Shown here piece after piece: positions 29,028 through 39,165 of a stretch of 64,000 nucleotides of DNA. Source of the DNA: Deferribacterales bacterium (GTDB taxonomy: Bacteria > Chrysiogenota > Deferribacteres > Deferribacterales > Geovibrionaceae); the NCBI GenBank assembly GCA_050253075.1, contig JBFWJS010000001.1, positions 544,001 to 608,000 of the forward strand, read 5' to 3'. The notes beneath the pieces are model-generated. The model was not told where the DNA came from. It saw nothing but the letters and a program-made list of their open reading frames with translations, and ran no database searches. Position numbers and translations under genes: made by a program. Position 1 is the stretch's first letter. Each line of letters starts with the position of its first letter.

Positions 29028-29816
29028 ATGGGTTCAATCATCACATTTGCGAATAAAAAGGGCGGGAGCGGTAAAACCTCCTCGGTTGTTAATACAGCAG
29101 GGATATTAGGCGCACGAGGCTATAAGGTGCTCCTTGTGGACCTCGACCCTCAGGCTCACCTTTCTTTCTGGTCGGGCGTAAATACCTATGATACTTACCT
29201 TTCTGTTTACGATTCCCTTTTGGGGAGCTGTACTGGGGGCGACTGCCTCTTTAAGACGGAGCATCAGCTTTTCGATGTGCTCCCTGCAGCGACGAATTTC
29301 TCCATGAGCCTTCTGCGGAAACTGCTGGAGGGTGAAAGACCCGAGGCTAGGCTTGCTAAGGTTCTGATGGAGTTTAAGAATGATTATGATTATATCCTGA
29401 TAGATACTCCGCCCACAGTCGCCGTGCTCACCCTGAATGCTCTGGTGGCTGCGACACACGTTATGATACCTATCCTGCTGAACTTCCTCGCGATAGAGGG
29501 GCTGGCTCAGCTTACGCAGAATATATACCGCATCAACGCATCATTTAACCCTGATGTGAGGATGGCCGGCATCATACCGAACCAGTACGACATACGCAGT
29601 AATCATTCTAAGAGGGTTATGCGTGAGATACAGGAGAACTTCGGCGAAGAGATGGTCTCGCCGAGGATAAGAAACGACATAAAGATAGCGGAAGCGCCGG
29701 AATACCGCATTCCGATAAATCTTTATGCACCGAAAAGCAGAGGTACTATGGACTTTAACATGCTTGCGGATTTTGTAGAGACGAGATCAGGTAATATTAC
29801 AGGGGGACAGATATGA
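29028..29816 (+). CDS. ParA/Soj family ATPase (chemosensory-cluster associated)
   Basis: KKGGSGKTS deviant Walker A, DLDPQ, IDTPP. Confidence 0.88.
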   Translation: MGSIITFANKKGGSGKTSSVVNTAGILGARGYKVLLVDLDPQAHLSFWSGVNTYDTYLSVYDSLLGSCTGGDCLFKTEHQLFDVLPAATNFSMSLLRKLLEGERPEARLAKVLMEFKNDYDYILIDTPPTVAVLTLNALVAATHVMIPILLNFLAIEGLAQLTQNIYRINASFNPDVRMAGIIPNQYDIRSNHSKRVMREIQENFGEEMVSPRIRNDIKIAEAPEYRIPINLYAPKSRGTMDFNMLADFVETRSGNITGGQI

Positions 29817-31309
29817 AATACCCTGTGGGTATCGACTTTGGTACTACAAACTCGATGATAGCAGTTTATAAAGAAGGGGGCGGGATAGAGGTTATCTCAT
29901 CCGACAGCGGGAAACGCTTTCTCCCTTCGGTGGTTTATTTCAAAAACGGCTCCGAGGCTGTGACGGGGGATAACGCCCGCAGTATGCAGCTTCTGGAATC
30001 TGAGAGCACCGTCTCAAACGTGAAGAGATACATGGGCTCTGATAAAACATTCGAACTATACGGCAAGACATATACTCCGCAGGAACTGGCTGCCATATTT
30101 TTCAGAAAGCTGAAGATGCTGTATACGGACTATACCGGGCAGAAGGGTGCGGACGCTGTTATCACCGTGCCTGCGTATTTCGACCACCTCCAGCGTGAGG
30201 CGGTGCGTGCCGCTGCCGAGTCTGCGGGTTTTGATGTGCTCTCTCTGCTGAATGAGCCCACAGCCGCAGCACTCTATTACAACAACATCGGAAAGCAGGA
30301 GGGCGAGCTCTGCCTTGTATTTGATCTCGGCGGCGGAACCCTCGACATAAGCATCATAGAGATGCAGAAGGAACACCTCAAGGTCGTCGCCACTGGCGGA
30401 TCCACGCAGATAGGCGGGTTCGACTTTGACGTCGCTTTGGCAGACTACTTCAACGAAGAGTTCATCAAAGCCCATGAGATAGACCTCAGAAGCGACCCTA
30501 TCGCATTTCAGCAGCTTCTATTTCAGGCGGAAAAGGCTAAGATGGAGCTCTCGTCACTGAATGAGACCAGCCTCGTGATACCATACATCACAGTCACTCC
30601 GAAGGGGCCGCTGCATTTTAAAAAAGATCTGGACAGAGTCCTTTTTGACAAGATAACAAAACCTATCAGTGATAAGATAGAGAAGATAGTCAAAGATACG
30701 CTGGAAGTGAACGGCTATAAGGTAGAAGATATCAGCCGTGTGCTCCCTGTCGGCGGTGCGAGCAGGATCTGCAATGTACGCAGTCTCGTTGCCGACATCT
30801 TCGGTCAGACCATAAGCAAGGATCTGAACCCCGAAGAGGCCGTTGTGTGCGGTGCCGCAGTGAATGCGGCCATGCAGACAGGCATTATTACGGATAAGAA
30901 ATTTTATGATGTCACCAGTCATAATCTTGGGATAGAGGACGACAACGGCGACTTCGAAGTTATTATGCAGAAAAACGAGCCTTATCCGGTTGAGTTTTCG
31001 ACCAGATTCACCACCGCAAAGAGTGATCTGGAAAGTGTCACCGTTCATGTTTTACAGGATATGGCGAGGTCTGCGCTGAATGTCTCGGACAGTCCGTCAG
31101 AGGACCCTGATTATTTTGTCAGTCTTGGCAAGTTTGACTTTCAGCTTGATAAAAACATAGCGGAAAACCTCATAGACATAGGCTTTGAGATAGATATGAG
31201 CGGCATCGTGAGCGTCCGTGCGAAGGATATGAACACGGGCAAAGAGCATGATTTCACGCTGAAAGCAGAAGTCGATTGGGAAAAAATTAAGAACATAAAA
31301 ATATACTAA
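29813..31309 (+). CDS. Hsp70 family protein (DnaK paralogue lacking C-terminal lid)
   Basis: GIDFGTTNS, TVPAYF, NEPTAAA, FDLGGGTLDIS, VGGASRI; 498 aa. Confidence 0.88.
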   Translation: MKYPVGIDFGTTNSMIAVYKEGGGIEVISSDSGKRFLPSVVYFKNGSEAVTGDNARSMQLLESESTVSNVKRYMGSDKTFELYGKTYTPQELAAIFFRKLKMLYTDYTGQKGADAVITVPAYFDHLQREAVRAAAESAGFDVLSLLNEPTAAALYYNNIGKQEGELCLVFDLGGGTLDISIIEMQKEHLKVVATGGSTQIGGFDFDVALADYFNEEFIKAHEIDLRSDPIAFQQLLFQAEKAKMELSSLNETSLVIPYITVTPKGPLHFKKDLDRVLFDKITKPISDKIEKIVKDTLEVNGYKVEDISRVLPVGGASRICNVRSLVADIFGQTISKDLNPEEAVVCGAAVNAAMQTGIITDKKFYDVTSHNLGIEDDNGDFEVIMQKNEPYPVEFSTRFTTAKSDLESVTVHVLQDMARSALNVSDSPSEDPDYFVSLGKFDFQLDKNIAENLIDIGFEIDMSGIVSVRAKDMNTGKEHDFTLKAEVDWEKIKNIKIY

Positions 31310-31338
31310 GATAATTTTAACATCTTTGGAGGTACGGG

Positions 31339-33579
31339 ATGAAAAAGCTGGCCAAACCATCCAGTCTGGAAGGCAACACAGGGATAATCAAAAAAGACGG
31401 CGAAGACGTTCTGAAAAGACGCGACGACTCTAAGAGACAAGCCGCAGAAAAAGCGAGAGCCAGAACTCTGGCTAAACAGCAGACAAATGCAGAGAGGCTC
31501 GCAACTGCGTCTGAAGAGATGGCTTCCGCCATTGAACAGGCCTCCAGTGCTTCCGATCAGCTTAATACTTCTATGGATGAGGTTTCCACAGCTTCTGCTC
31601 AGGTCAGCACCAGTGCCGAAGGTATAAAGAACGATACCATCGCTCTGGAAAGTGATGCGAAGAATATTCTTACTACTTCCTCAGACTATGAAAAGTCCAC
31701 AGGCGAGCTCATAAACAAGGTCGGCGCAACAGTGACGGCAGCAAACGAGCTGAAAGAATCTGTTCAGGACACCACGGATAAAGTTGAGGAATCAACACAG
31801 CTGGTAGACCAGCTCAAAGAGAAAGCAGACTCCATCGGACAGATCGTACAGGTAGTTACAAAGATCGCAGATCAGACAAACCTTCTCGCTCTTAACGCGG
31901 CTATCGAGGCTGCCAGAGCAGGCGAGCACGGCAAAGGATTCGCCGTTGTCGCTGACGAGGTGAGGACTCTGGCAGAGGTTTCCGAAAAATCTGCTAAGAC
32001 GATCAAAAGCGTTATCGACACATCTCTCGGTCAGGTGAACCAGGTGGTGGCAAAGGTTGAGGGCTTCCTCTCTCTTTCCAGAACAAACCTGTTCAAAGCC
32101 GACTTTATCAGCAAGCAGTGTACGACTGTACGCGGACATACCGACGAGATAGGCATAGAAGTGAATAAGGTAAAAACAGGCGCACAGCGCATCAGCGAGG
32201 AATCAAGCAAGTCTATGGACCTCGTGAGCAGGCTGGCGTCTTCATCCGAGCAGAATGCAGCAGCATCCGAAGAGGTGAGTAAGTTCACCGCTGAGCAGTC
32301 TAAGGCTTTCAGTGAACTGACCATCGCAGCACAGGAGCTGGCGGAGATGTCCGACGACCTTAAGCACTCCACAGACATAGCCAAATCATCCGAAGAGGTA
32401 GCAGCAGCAGCCGAAGAGCTCTCCAGCACCATCGAAGAGCTTAACGCATCCGCAGACGAAGTTCTCAAAGCTATCGACCAGATGGACATAGGCACCACAG
32501 AGATATTCGAGGAGATATCGGGGATCACTAAGGAATTCAAGATAATCTCCAAAGCGATAGAAGAAGGAAAGGCGAGCTGGAAGTATATGTTCGAGCTCGG
32601 ACATAAAGTAGACGATGCTCTGGAGGAGATCAAAGCTCTCGACCACATCGTGTTCATCAACCAGCTTCAGGAATCTATAAACAACAACACTGAGTTCAAA
32701 GGTCAGCTCGACCCTTCAAAATGTGCTTTCGGAGCATGGTATCAGACATACAAACCTGAGCCGGGCAAGGAAGAGAGAGCATACGACGACATCAGAGAGC
32801 CGCACAACCACGTGCATCTCGGCGCCGCAGAGATAGTCGAGATGATGAGAGACGGCAAACTTCAGGACGCCAGAGAGATATACTCTAATAAAGTGAAGCC
32901 TTCCGTTGATCAGTTCAAAGGACATTTCAGAGATTTCCGCCATGGTATAGAGCTTGTGGTTAAGGGCTTTGTCGGTTCGATAAACAACCTCCGCGAGGTT
33001 CATGAGGAAGTTTCACTCCTGAGCAAATCTTTCAGCAGTATCAGAAAGATCGTGGACACTATCACAAACGTCGCCATACAGACAAACATGCTGGCCGTTA
33101 ACGGTAATATCGAAGCCGCACGCTCGGGCGAATTCGGCAGAGGATTCTCCGTGGTGGCAGCAGACATCCGTGCGCTGGCGAACGAATCCGCAGATAACGC
33201 AGACAAGATGAAAGACATCCTCGACGAGATGTATGAGCGTGTTATCAACTTCCAGAACGAGCTGGCAGAGATAACAGCCCTTATCAGAGTGCAGATAGAG
33301 AAATCTCAGTCTGCCGTGGACAACCTCGTGAGCGTTGTCGTGATAAGAAAGCGTCTCGTAGAGCTCGCTAACAAGTGTGTGGACTATGTCGATGCCGGGG
33401 CCGAAAAAGTGGCTAAGGTAGAAGAGGCTTGTGCACAGGGACTCGAAGCCGGTGAAAACCTTAAGTCTCTCTCCGAGGAAGCTAAAACAGCGGCTGACGA
33501 GCAGGTTAAAGGACTTCAGGAGATAGCGGCAGCATCCGAAGAGGTTGCGTCTCTGGCTGATGAAATGCAGGTATTCTAA
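31339..33579 (+). CDS. Cytoplasmic methyl-accepting chemotaxis protein with two signalling tips and a CZB-like insert
   Basis: [25 protein letters not shown] and [27 protein letters not shown]...CAFGAWY...HNHVH; no TM helix. Confidence 0.88.
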   Translation: MKKLAKPSSLEGNTGIIKKDGEDVLKRRDDSKRQAAEKARARTLAKQQTNAERLATASEEMASAIEQASSASDQLNTSMDEVSTASAQVSTSAEGIKNDTIALESDAKNILTTSSDYEKSTGELINKVGATVTAANELKESVQDTTDKVEESTQLVDQLKEKADSIGQIVQVVTKIADQTNLLALNAAIEAARAGEHGKGFAVVADEVRTLAEVSEKSAKTIKSVIDTSLGQVNQVVAKVEGFLSLSRTNLFKADFISKQCTTVRGHTDEIGIEVNKVKTGAQRISEESSKSMDLVSRLASSSEQNAAASEEVSKFTAEQSKAFSELTIAAQELAEMSDDLKHSTDIAKSSEEVAAAAEELSSTIEELNASADEVLKAIDQMDIGTTEIFEEISGITKEFKIISKAIEEGKASWKYMFELGHKVDDALEEIKALDHIVFINQLQESINNNTEFKGQLDPSKCAFGAWYQTYKPEPGKEERAYDDIREPHNHVHLGAAEIVEMMRDGKLQDAREIYSNKVKPSVDQFKGHFRDFRHGIELVVKGFVGSINNLREVHEEVSLLSKSFSSIRKIVDTITNVAIQTNMLAVNGNIEAARSGEFGRGFSVVAADIRALANESADNADKMKDILDEMYERVINFQNELAEITALIRVQIEKSQSAVDNLVSVVVIRKRLVELANKCVDYVDAGAEKVAKVEEACAQGLEAGENLKSLSEEAKTAADEQVKGLQEIAAASEEVASLADEMQVF

Positions 33580-33616
33580 GCAGTTCCTCCATATATAGGC
33601 AATGCAGGAGGATGCT

Positions 33617-35119
33617 ATGTCAGATAATACAATAGATAACATCTATGTCTCTTTCGATGTAGGTGAAGAGACATACGGGATAAGCATCGAGGATGTGCGT
33701 CAGATAATACGTGTGCCTAAGATAACCCGTGTGCCTAAAATGCCCGACTATGTGCTGGGGATGACAAACCTGCGGGGAGAAGTTCTGCCCCTGGTGGATC
33801 TGTCCATGCGCATGGGGTATGAGCACCCTTGTGAACACGGCGAAGACACCCGTGTCATCGTTGTGGATAAAAGAGGGATACTCACCGGGCTGATAGTGGA
33901 ATCCGTGAATGAAGTGAAGTCCACAGAACTGCACGACATAGATAAATTCCCCGAGATACTCAACGCCGGCGTTGATAAGAAGTTTATCTCGGGCATTCTG
34001 AAAGTGGCAGACGGCGGACATGTTGCCATCATTCAGATAATAAACACCGATGAGATAATCGACATCGAGGCTGCCAGCAAGCAGCTCGAAAAGAACGGTT
34101 CACTGGTAAAGAGAGAAAAGACGGCGGAAGAATCCCACGGCGGCGTGATAGACGAACAGCGCTTTATCAGCTTCAACATCACGTCTCAGGAATACGCCAT
34201 CGAGATACATAAGATAAACGAGATCATATGGATGCCTGAGGTGACAAGCGTTCCCGGACTTCCGAAATATGTTCTCGGCATCTTCTCCCTCAGGGGGCAG
34301 GTTATCCCGCTTTTGTCACTGCACGATAAATTCGGCATGAAGCTGAAGACCGACGCAGAGACCACCCGTGTGGTGATAGTGGATATCAGCAATGTGCTGG
34401 TAGCCTTTGCCGCCGACAGGGTGAACGCTGTGCTCAGTGTCGAAGACAGCCTGATAGAAGAACCGCCGAAGATATACGAAGACGACGATTCTGAAGTTTC
34501 TGCGGTGCTGAAGCTGGATAAAGGTAAAAGGCTCGTTATGGTGCTCGAACCGGAGCATCTGATAGACGACGCAGAGCTGGAAGCACTGAAACATGTGGCA
34601 GACCAGAGTACGGAGAGTGTAATGGGCGAACACGGCATGGATAATGCAGCAGAAGAAGAAAAACAGATAGTAACCTTTCAGATAGAGAACGAAAACTACG
34701 GTATCTATATCGAAAAGGTACAGGAAATAAACAGATATACAAATGTGACCAAAATACCTAAGACCCCGAAATTCGTCGAGGGCATCATAAACCTGCGTGG
34801 TGAAGTGATACCGCTCATCGACCTCCGCTCCAGATTCGAGCTGGAGAAGAAGGAGAGGGACGAATTCACCCGTGTGATCATAGTAAATCTTCAGAGCATG
34901 AAGGTCGGCTTTGTGGTGGACTGGGTGGACGAGGTTCTGCGCATCAGGGAAGACCAGATAGACAATGTGCCCCCTGTGTTAAGCGCAGCAGTGAATTCTG
35001 AGTTTATTGACGGTGTCGTTAATTTCGACAAAAACGGGAAGATGATACTTCTGCTTGATGTGGAAGAGCTCTTTTCCAAGGCGGAGATCAAAAAACTGGA
35101 GAATTTACAGGAAGGATGA
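33617..35119 (+). CDS. cheW: Triple-domain CheW
   Basis: Three copies of G(M/I)xxLRG(E/Q)V(L/I)PL; start set at ATG 33617 behind GGAGGA. Confidence 0.9.
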   Translation: MSDNTIDNIYVSFDVGEETYGISIEDVRQIIRVPKITRVPKMPDYVLGMTNLRGEVLPLVDLSMRMGYEHPCEHGEDTRVIVVDKRGILTGLIVESVNEVKSTELHDIDKFPEILNAGVDKKFISGILKVADGGHVAIIQIINTDEIIDIEAASKQLEKNGSLVKREKTAEESHGGVIDEQRFISFNITSQEYAIEIHKINEIIWMPEVTSVPGLPKYVLGIFSLRGQVIPLLSLHDKFGMKLKTDAETTRVVIVDISNVLVAFAADRVNAVLSVEDSLIEEPPKIYEDDDSEVSAVLKLDKGKRLVMVLEPEHLIDDAELEALKHVADQSTESVMGEHGMDNAAEEEKQIVTFQIENENYGIYIEKVQEINRYTNVTKIPKTPKFVEGIINLRGEVIPLIDLRSRFELEKKERDEFTRVIIVNLQSMKVGFVVDWVDEVLRIREDQIDNVPPVLSAAVNSEFIDGVVNFDKNGKMILLLDVEELFSKAEIKKLENLQEG

Positions 35120-36186
35120 AAAAAGTAAGGGTTCTAATTGTCGACGACTCTGCGCTGATGCGTAAGAAGATCTCTGAGATGCTGGATACGGCTTTCGGCA
35201 TCGAGGTGATCGGCACTGCCAGAAACGGTGAGGACGGGATAAACAAAGCTATGGAGCTGAAGCCCGATGTCATCACTCTGGACGTGAACATGCCCGTTAT
35301 GGACGGGCTGACTGCTCTGCGCATCATCATCGAACGTGAGATATGCCCTGTTGTCATGCTCAGCTCTCTGACACAGGAGGGGACGAGTACTACATTCGAG
35401 GCGATGGAAGCAGGTGCTTTCGACTTTGTGGCGAAACCCAGCGGAACTGTCTCACGGGATATCGATATAGTTCGTAAAGAACTTGTGAGAAAAGTTAAAG
35501 CTGCTGCGGGCATGGGGCTCTCAAAGCTGACACGACACATCGAGGTAGAGGAACTGCCCGAGGGTGAGAGTGTCAACGAGATGGAGCTTAAACCTGTCGA
35601 TGCGGCAGATTTCCGAGCGGTGGCTATGGGTATATCAACAGGCGGTCCTAAGACCATCTTTGATGTCATACCCAGAATACCTGCGGATATAAACGCTGCG
35701 CTCTTCCTTGTACAGCATATGCCTGTGGGGTTTACCGAATCCTTCGCACAGAGGCTGAACAAGGCCTCAAGGATATTTGTGAAAGAGGCGGCAGCGGGCG
35801 ACATCGTGACACCCGGCGTCTGCTATGTGGGCAAGGCGGGGTATCACCTTACGATGTATAAAAAGCATAACGGAGTCACAACCCTGCGACTGGGCAAGAC
35901 TCCGGACCACGCATTCATCCCCAGTGCGGACATCATGATGGAGTCCGTCACAAAGGTCTTCGGCAGTAATACTCTCGGAGTGCTGATGACAGGGATGGGG
36001 GACGACGGTGCGAGGTCTATGTGCGGGATAAGAAAGGCGGGCGGATACACCATCGCCGAGTCTGAAGAGACAGCTATCGTTTACGGTATGCCGAGGGAAG
36101 CCGTGGAGAGAGGATGCGCAGACATCGTGCTCCCCAGCCATAAGATAGCCGCCGAGATAACCAGAAAGATAAGCAGAGGATGGTAA
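35116..36186 (+). CDS. cheB: Chemotaxis response regulator methylesterase
   Basis: REC domain + GISTGGP, VQHMP, MTGMGDDGA. Confidence 0.95.
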   Translation: MKKVRVLIVDDSALMRKKISEMLDTAFGIEVIGTARNGEDGINKAMELKPDVITLDVNMPVMDGLTALRIIIEREICPVVMLSSLTQEGTSTTFEAMEAGAFDFVAKPSGTVSRDIDIVRKELVRKVKAAAGMGLSKLTRHIEVEELPEGESVNEMELKPVDAADFRAVAMGISTGGPKTIFDVIPRIPADINAALFLVQHMPVGFTESFAQRLNKASRIFVKEAAAGDIVTPGVCYVGKAGYHLTMYKKHNGVTTLRLGKTPDHAFIPSADIMMESVTKVFGSNTLGVLMTGMGDDGARSMCGIRKAGGYTIAESEETAIVYGMPREAVERGCADIVLPSHKIAAEITRKISRGW

Positions 36187-36187
36187 G

Positions 36188-36487
36188 ATGGAAATAAAAG
36201 AGCTGAAGACAAAGGTCAAGGTCGGTTTTCCTGAAGAGTCTGAGATATTCATGGCTGAAGAATTCCTTGAAGAGCTGAGCAAGGTCAGCCTGAAGGAAAA
36301 GCCCGTTGAAATAGACTTTTCCGCTGTGCAGACCTTAGACACGGTTTTTTTCCAGCTTGCTGTCAGTATTATAAAAACGATAAACAGCAGTAATAATAAA
36401 ATCACCCTTAGATCTTCCGAGGCATTGGAAAATGCCGAGGCGCTTTACGGTATTAATCTGGGTGATCTGATTGGTGGAGGGAATTAA
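36188..36487 (+). CDS. STAS domain protein
   Basis: IDFSAVQTLDTVFFQL; typical position in che cluster. Confidence 0.7.
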   Translation: MEIKELKTKVKVGFPEESEIFMAEEFLEELSKVSLKEKPVEIDFSAVQTLDTVFFQLAVSIIKTINSSNNKITLRSSEALENAEALYGINLGDLIGGGN

Positions 36488-36852
36488 TGAAAAAAATCCT
36501 GATTGTCGATGATGCGATAACCATGAGACAGCTCGTGGCGGCTACGCTTAAATCTGCCGGATATGAAGTCGTCGATGCCAGAGACGGAGTGGACGCTCTT
36601 AAAAAACTGGAAGCAGAGGGGCGATTCAACCTGATAGTTTCCGACGTGAATATGCCTAATATGGACGGGATAACATTCCTTAAGGAAGTGAAGGCTAACC
36701 CTAAGCATAAATTTACCCCTGTGATAATGCTGACCACAGAGTCTCAGGCAAATATCAAAGAGGAAGGGAGAAAGGCCGGTGCGAAAGCATGGATCGTAAA
36801 GCCGTTTAAGCCGAACGACCTGCTGGCAGTGGTGAAGAAGATCATCGGCTGA
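36487..36852 (+). CDS. cheY: CheY-type single-domain response regulator
   Basis: ILIVDD, SDVNMPNMDG, MLTTE, WIVKPF. Confidence 0.9.
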   Translation: MKKILIVDDAITMRQLVAATLKSAGYEVVDARDGVDALKKLEAEGRFNLIVSDVNMPNMDGITFLKEVKANPKHKFTPVIMLTTESQANIKEEGRKAGAKAWIVKPFKPNDLLAVVKKIIG

Positions 36853-36878
36853 TGATAGTAATTCCAAAGGAGTAGCAT

Positions 36879-37940
36879 GTGGAAAAGAGTGAGCTGCTGA
36901 AAGCATTGCAGAATGACGATGAAGCAGAACGTATATATGCAGTTGAAGATGTCATCGATCTGAAGGATAAGAGCCTTTATCCTGTCATTATCGACCACAT
37001 GGAAAAAGAAGAAAGCAGGCTCGTGCGTGAGCTCATCGTGGAAGGGCTGAAGGTTATGGATGTGTCGGACAGCTACGACGCCATCTCAAAATACTTCGAA
37101 TCCACAGATGCCTATGTCCGCAACTGTGCTATAGAGATATTCGGTGCGAAGGGTGAGGACGCCGTTGCATTCCTCACATCCATCATGGACAACGAAGACA
37201 AAGAGGTGCGGAAGCTCATTCTGGACAGTCTGGTCGCCACCAGCTCCAAATACTCCATACCCGCTCTCCGTGCTGCGCTGAATGATAAGGCGGCTAATGT
37301 TATGATCACCGCCATAGAATATCTGGGCAAGATATACGATGAGGAATCCCTGAGGGATGTGCTCGACATCTTTATCAGAGCGGATGAGCCGATGGTTCGC
37401 TCCGCATGCCTCGAGACACTGACACTGATGGGCAACTCCGACATAGTCGACACAGTGCTCAACACCCTCGGGCAGACAGGCGTGGAGGGTTTTTATAAAC
37501 CCAGCGTCATAAGGCTGGTGGGGGAAAAGGGCGGGAAACGCCATCTGGAATTTCTGCTCTCGTTTCTGAATAATAAGAACACAATGTATTTCCGTGAGGT
37601 TTCAAACGGGATACTTAAGATAGTCTCAAGAGAGAACATAGAACAGCTCGACGAGATACATACAAAATTCATGCTGAATAATTTAAAAAATCTGAACGGC
37701 TACGCAGAGGAAAGGCTCACATTCCTCTATATCATAGCAAAGCTGAACATACCTGATAAAGAAACCCTTTATGAGGAACTGGCGTCTGATGACAATGAAG
37801 ACCTTTCACTCACTGCCATAGAGCACCTTGCTGATATTGATAAAGACCGTGCCGTCAGACTTATTGAAAACAAGTTAAAGCTGGCTGAGGGGGAACACAG
37901 TAGAAATCTGTCCGCATTGCTGGATAGTATCAAGGAGTGA
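36879..37940 (+). CDS. HEAT-repeat protein
   Basis: Repeated D..VR..A/L helical units; adjacent to cheR. Confidence 0.8.
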   Translation: MEKSELLKALQNDDEAERIYAVEDVIDLKDKSLYPVIIDHMEKEESRLVRELIVEGLKVMDVSDSYDAISKYFESTDAYVRNCAIEIFGAKGEDAVAFLTSIMDNEDKEVRKLILDSLVATSSKYSIPALRAALNDKAANVMITAIEYLGKIYDEESLRDVLDIFIRADEPMVRSACLETLTLMGNSDIVDTVLNTLGQTGVEGFYKPSVIRLVGEKGGKRHLEFLLSFLNNKNTMYFREVSNGILKIVSRENIEQLDEIHTKFMLNNLKNLNGYAEERLTFLYIIAKLNIPDKETLYEELASDDNEDLSLTAIEHLADIDKDRAVRLIENKLKLAEGEHSRNLSALLDSIKE

Positions 37941-37950
37941 CAGGGAGTCT

Positions 37951-38778
37951 ATGCATATAAATTCAGATGATTTCAAGGATCTGACAGCTTTTATTTATAA
38001 GAAATCAGGCATCAAGTTTGAAGCCAAGAAGATGTACTTTATTAACAAACGGGTAGCGAAAAGATTAGAAGACCTCGGCATGGACAGTGTCAGAGACTAC
38101 ATGCGCTACCTGAAGTTTAAAGACGACGGATCGGAGATGCAGGAACTGATGAACCTGCTGACCGTGAATGAGACATACTTCTTCAGAGAGTTCCACACGC
38201 TGGAGACCTTCGCAGAGCACTGCCTGCAGGAGATAGTGGAGGAAAAACTGAAGAGGGGCGACAGAAAACTGCGGATATGGTCTGCGGGATGCTCCACCGG
38301 TGAAGAGCCGTACACCCTCGGCATAATAGTGAGGGAGATGCTCGACGATTTTGCCGACTGGGATGTGGAGATTGTCGCCAGCGACATAGACGAAAATGTA
38401 CTGGAAAAGGCACAGAGCGCCTGTTACGACGACAGAAGCGTGAAGGACGTGCCTAATGCGTATTACACAAGGTACTTCAATGTGGCAAGAGGATGCCACA
38501 TGCCCGTGGACGAGATACGCGATATGGTTACGTTCGAACACCTGAACCTTATGGACAGAATGGCCATGAGGAAAAAGCGTAACTTCGATTTTGTCTTTTG
38601 CAGGAATGTTTTGATATATTTTGACGAGATATCCAGAAAGCAGGTCGTAGACCATTTCTACATATCGCTGAACAAGGGGGGATACATTTTCCTGGGGCAC
38701 AGCGAGTCTGTAGGGCGCATCACGACAGCTTTCAAGATGAAGCGATTCGGTTCTAGTGTGGTATATTACAAGGGGTAA
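37951..38778 (+). CDS. cheR: Chemotaxis protein-glutamate methyltransferase
   Basis: TVNETYFFRE, IWSAGCSTGEEPY, FCRNVLIYF. Confidence 0.95.
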   Translation: MHINSDDFKDLTAFIYKKSGIKFEAKKMYFINKRVAKRLEDLGMDSVRDYMRYLKFKDDGSEMQELMNLLTVNETYFFREFHTLETFAEHCLQEIVEEKLKRGDRKLRIWSAGCSTGEEPYTLGIIVREMLDDFADWDVEIVASDIDENVLEKAQSACYDDRSVKDVPNAYYTRYFNVARGCHMPVDEIRDMVTFEHLNLMDRMAMRKKRNFDFVFCRNVLIYFDEISRKQVVDHFYISLNKGGYIFLGHSESVGRITTAFKMKRFGSSVVYYKG

Positions 38779-38783
38779 TCTGT

Positions 38784-39149
38784 ATGGCTATTAAGGTGCT
38801 AGTAATTGATGATTCAGATATGGTGAGGCACTTTCACAGTAATATTCTGAAATCTGCCGGTTTTGATGCGGACGGAGCGATAGACGGCATGGATGCGTTG
38901 GAAAAATCCATGAAGACCAACTATTCACTGATGCTCTGTGACCTGAACATGCCCAGAATGGACGGCATCACGTTTATAAAAGAATTCCGCAAGACAGGTA
39001 AGGAAACCCCTATCATTATCATTACCACACAGGAAGAGATCGAAAACAGAAGGAAAGGATATGAATCCGGCGCGAACCTTTATATCACAAAGCCGGTGAA
39101 ACCCGATGACCTTATAATGAATATAAAAATGCTTCTCGGCATAATTTAG
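38784..39149 (+). CDS. Single-domain response regulator (CheY-like)
   Basis: VLVIDD, CDLNMPRMDG, YITKP. Confidence 0.88.
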   Translation: MAIKVLVIDDSDMVRHFHSNILKSAGFDADGAIDGMDALEKSMKTNYSLMLCDLNMPRMDGITFIKEFRKTGKETPIIIITTQEEIENRRKGYESGANLYITKPVKPDDLIMNIKMLLGII

Positions 39150-39165
39150 TGAGACGGAGTTTGCT

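Noticed and set aside
29028..29816. Chromosome or plasmid partition locus
   Set aside because: No parB or parS nearby; context is chemosensory
29813..31309. Housekeeping dnaK
   Set aside because: Too short, lacks lid, no grpE/dnaJ/hrcA context, so gene symbol withheld
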